DNA of 64,000 nucleotides from Gekko japonicus (lineage: Eukaryota): NCBI RefSeq assembly GCF_001447785.1, contig NW_015163703.1:62001-126000 (forward strand). The letters run 5' to 3'. Positions 63,105 through 64,000 of the stretch are shown piece after piece. Position 1 is the stretch's first letter. Each line of letters begins with the position of its first letter. Under the pieces are notes generated by a model that did no database searches, was not told the DNA's origin, and saw only the letters and a program-made list of their open reading frames with translations. A program made the translations under genes and the position numbers.

Positions 63105-64000
63105 TGCAAAAGAGCAGTGGAGTCCCACAAGGAATAGCAGTGGGATTGGTGTTATTTAATTTATTCATAAATTATTTAGAATTGGAGGTTAGCAATGTAA
63201 TGTCCAAGTCTGCAGATAATAGCAAATAGTTCAGGATTGTAAAAACCTAAGTGGATTGTGAAAAGCAGAAAGATCTATCAAAACTGACTGAGTGGACAGC
63301 AACATGGCAAATGAAGTTCAGTATCAATAAGTGTAAGATGATGAGCATCGGGTGGGGGTGGGGGTTGAACTGTCCGAGACCAAAATTTAATAAGATCTTG
63401 GTAGAAAGCTCAATGAAACTATTGACTTCACTGTTGTTGTTGTTCAGTCGCACAGTCGAGTCCAACTCTTCGCGACCCCATGGACCAGATCACGCCAGGC
63501 CTTCCTGTTTTCTGCCGTCCTCTGAAGTTGGCTCAATTTCATGTTCGTTGCATCTTGTGTACTTCACTGTACACTGTACAGCAACAGCAAAAAAAGGCAA
63601 AATCCACCCTGGGGATGATTAGGAAAGGGACTGAGAATGAAATGGCAAATATTATAAAGTCCTTGAATGTAGCCATATAGTGGCCTCATTCAGAATAGTA
63701 TGTATAGTTCTGGTCATAATATTGGGGGGGGGATTACTGCAGAGCCAGAAAAAATACAGAACAGGGCAACCAATATAATCAAAGAGTTAGAACATCTTTC
63801 CTATGAAGACAGGCTGAAGAGTCTGGGACACAATAGAAATTTATAAAATTTTGCATAGGGTGGAGAAGGAAGATAGAGGGAGCTTTTTCTTCCACTCCCA
63901 TAATATTAGAACATGGGCGTGCTCAATGAAGTTGATTGGCAATAGGTACAGAGAAGACTCAAGGAAAAAGTTATTTACTCCACAAATTTTTAAATTGTGG
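63105..64000 (+). mobile_element. CR1 LINE ORF2 (RT to C-terminus), decayed
   Basis: SSGVPQGIAVGLVLFNLFINYL, KSADNSK (FADDTK), WQMKFSINKCK, EKIQNRAT, LSYEDRLKSLG. Confidence 0.9.
63435..63560 (-). mobile_element. Short BovB 3' end inserted in CR1
   Basis: Matches 1915-2035; perfect 10-bp TSD acttcactgt (63425-63434, 63561-63570). Confidence 0.92.

Overview
This is eukaryotic DNA, not prokaryotic. The repeat content (Squam3-type SINEs, a Sauria SINE, BovB, CR1, L2, L1, Ngaro/DIRS, Gmr1-like Gypsy, Copia, hAT and Harbinger MITEs, Helitrons) points to a squamate reptile, most likely a gecko (inference). I cannot support any intact host protein-coding gene. The window looks intronic or intergenic: roughly half decayed, often nested mobile elements, with AT-rich unique stretches that may be enhancers, and one 616-N assembly gap. 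Most listed ORFs are TE fragments or chance ORFs. The most interesting signal is missed by the ORF track. At ~30.0-32.0 kb (+) a decayed reading frame, split by an inserted element, can be rebuilt across stops and a frameshift. It encodes a dUTPase-spaced domain (GGTG...G-x7-G-x7-N) followed by three CxxC motifs. It resembles the foamy-virus (Spumaretrovirinae) accessory protein Bet/Bel2, so it is a candidate endogenous foamy virus remnant. That assignment rests on my recall of Bet motifs and needs an HMM search. Other notable items are a Helitron-like family ending in CTTG, a minimal hammerhead ribozyme in a Penelope-like fragment, an internal L2 fragment flanked by a perfect 30-bp duplication, a hAT element carrying an array of alternating palindromes, and a dense GATA-site cluster.
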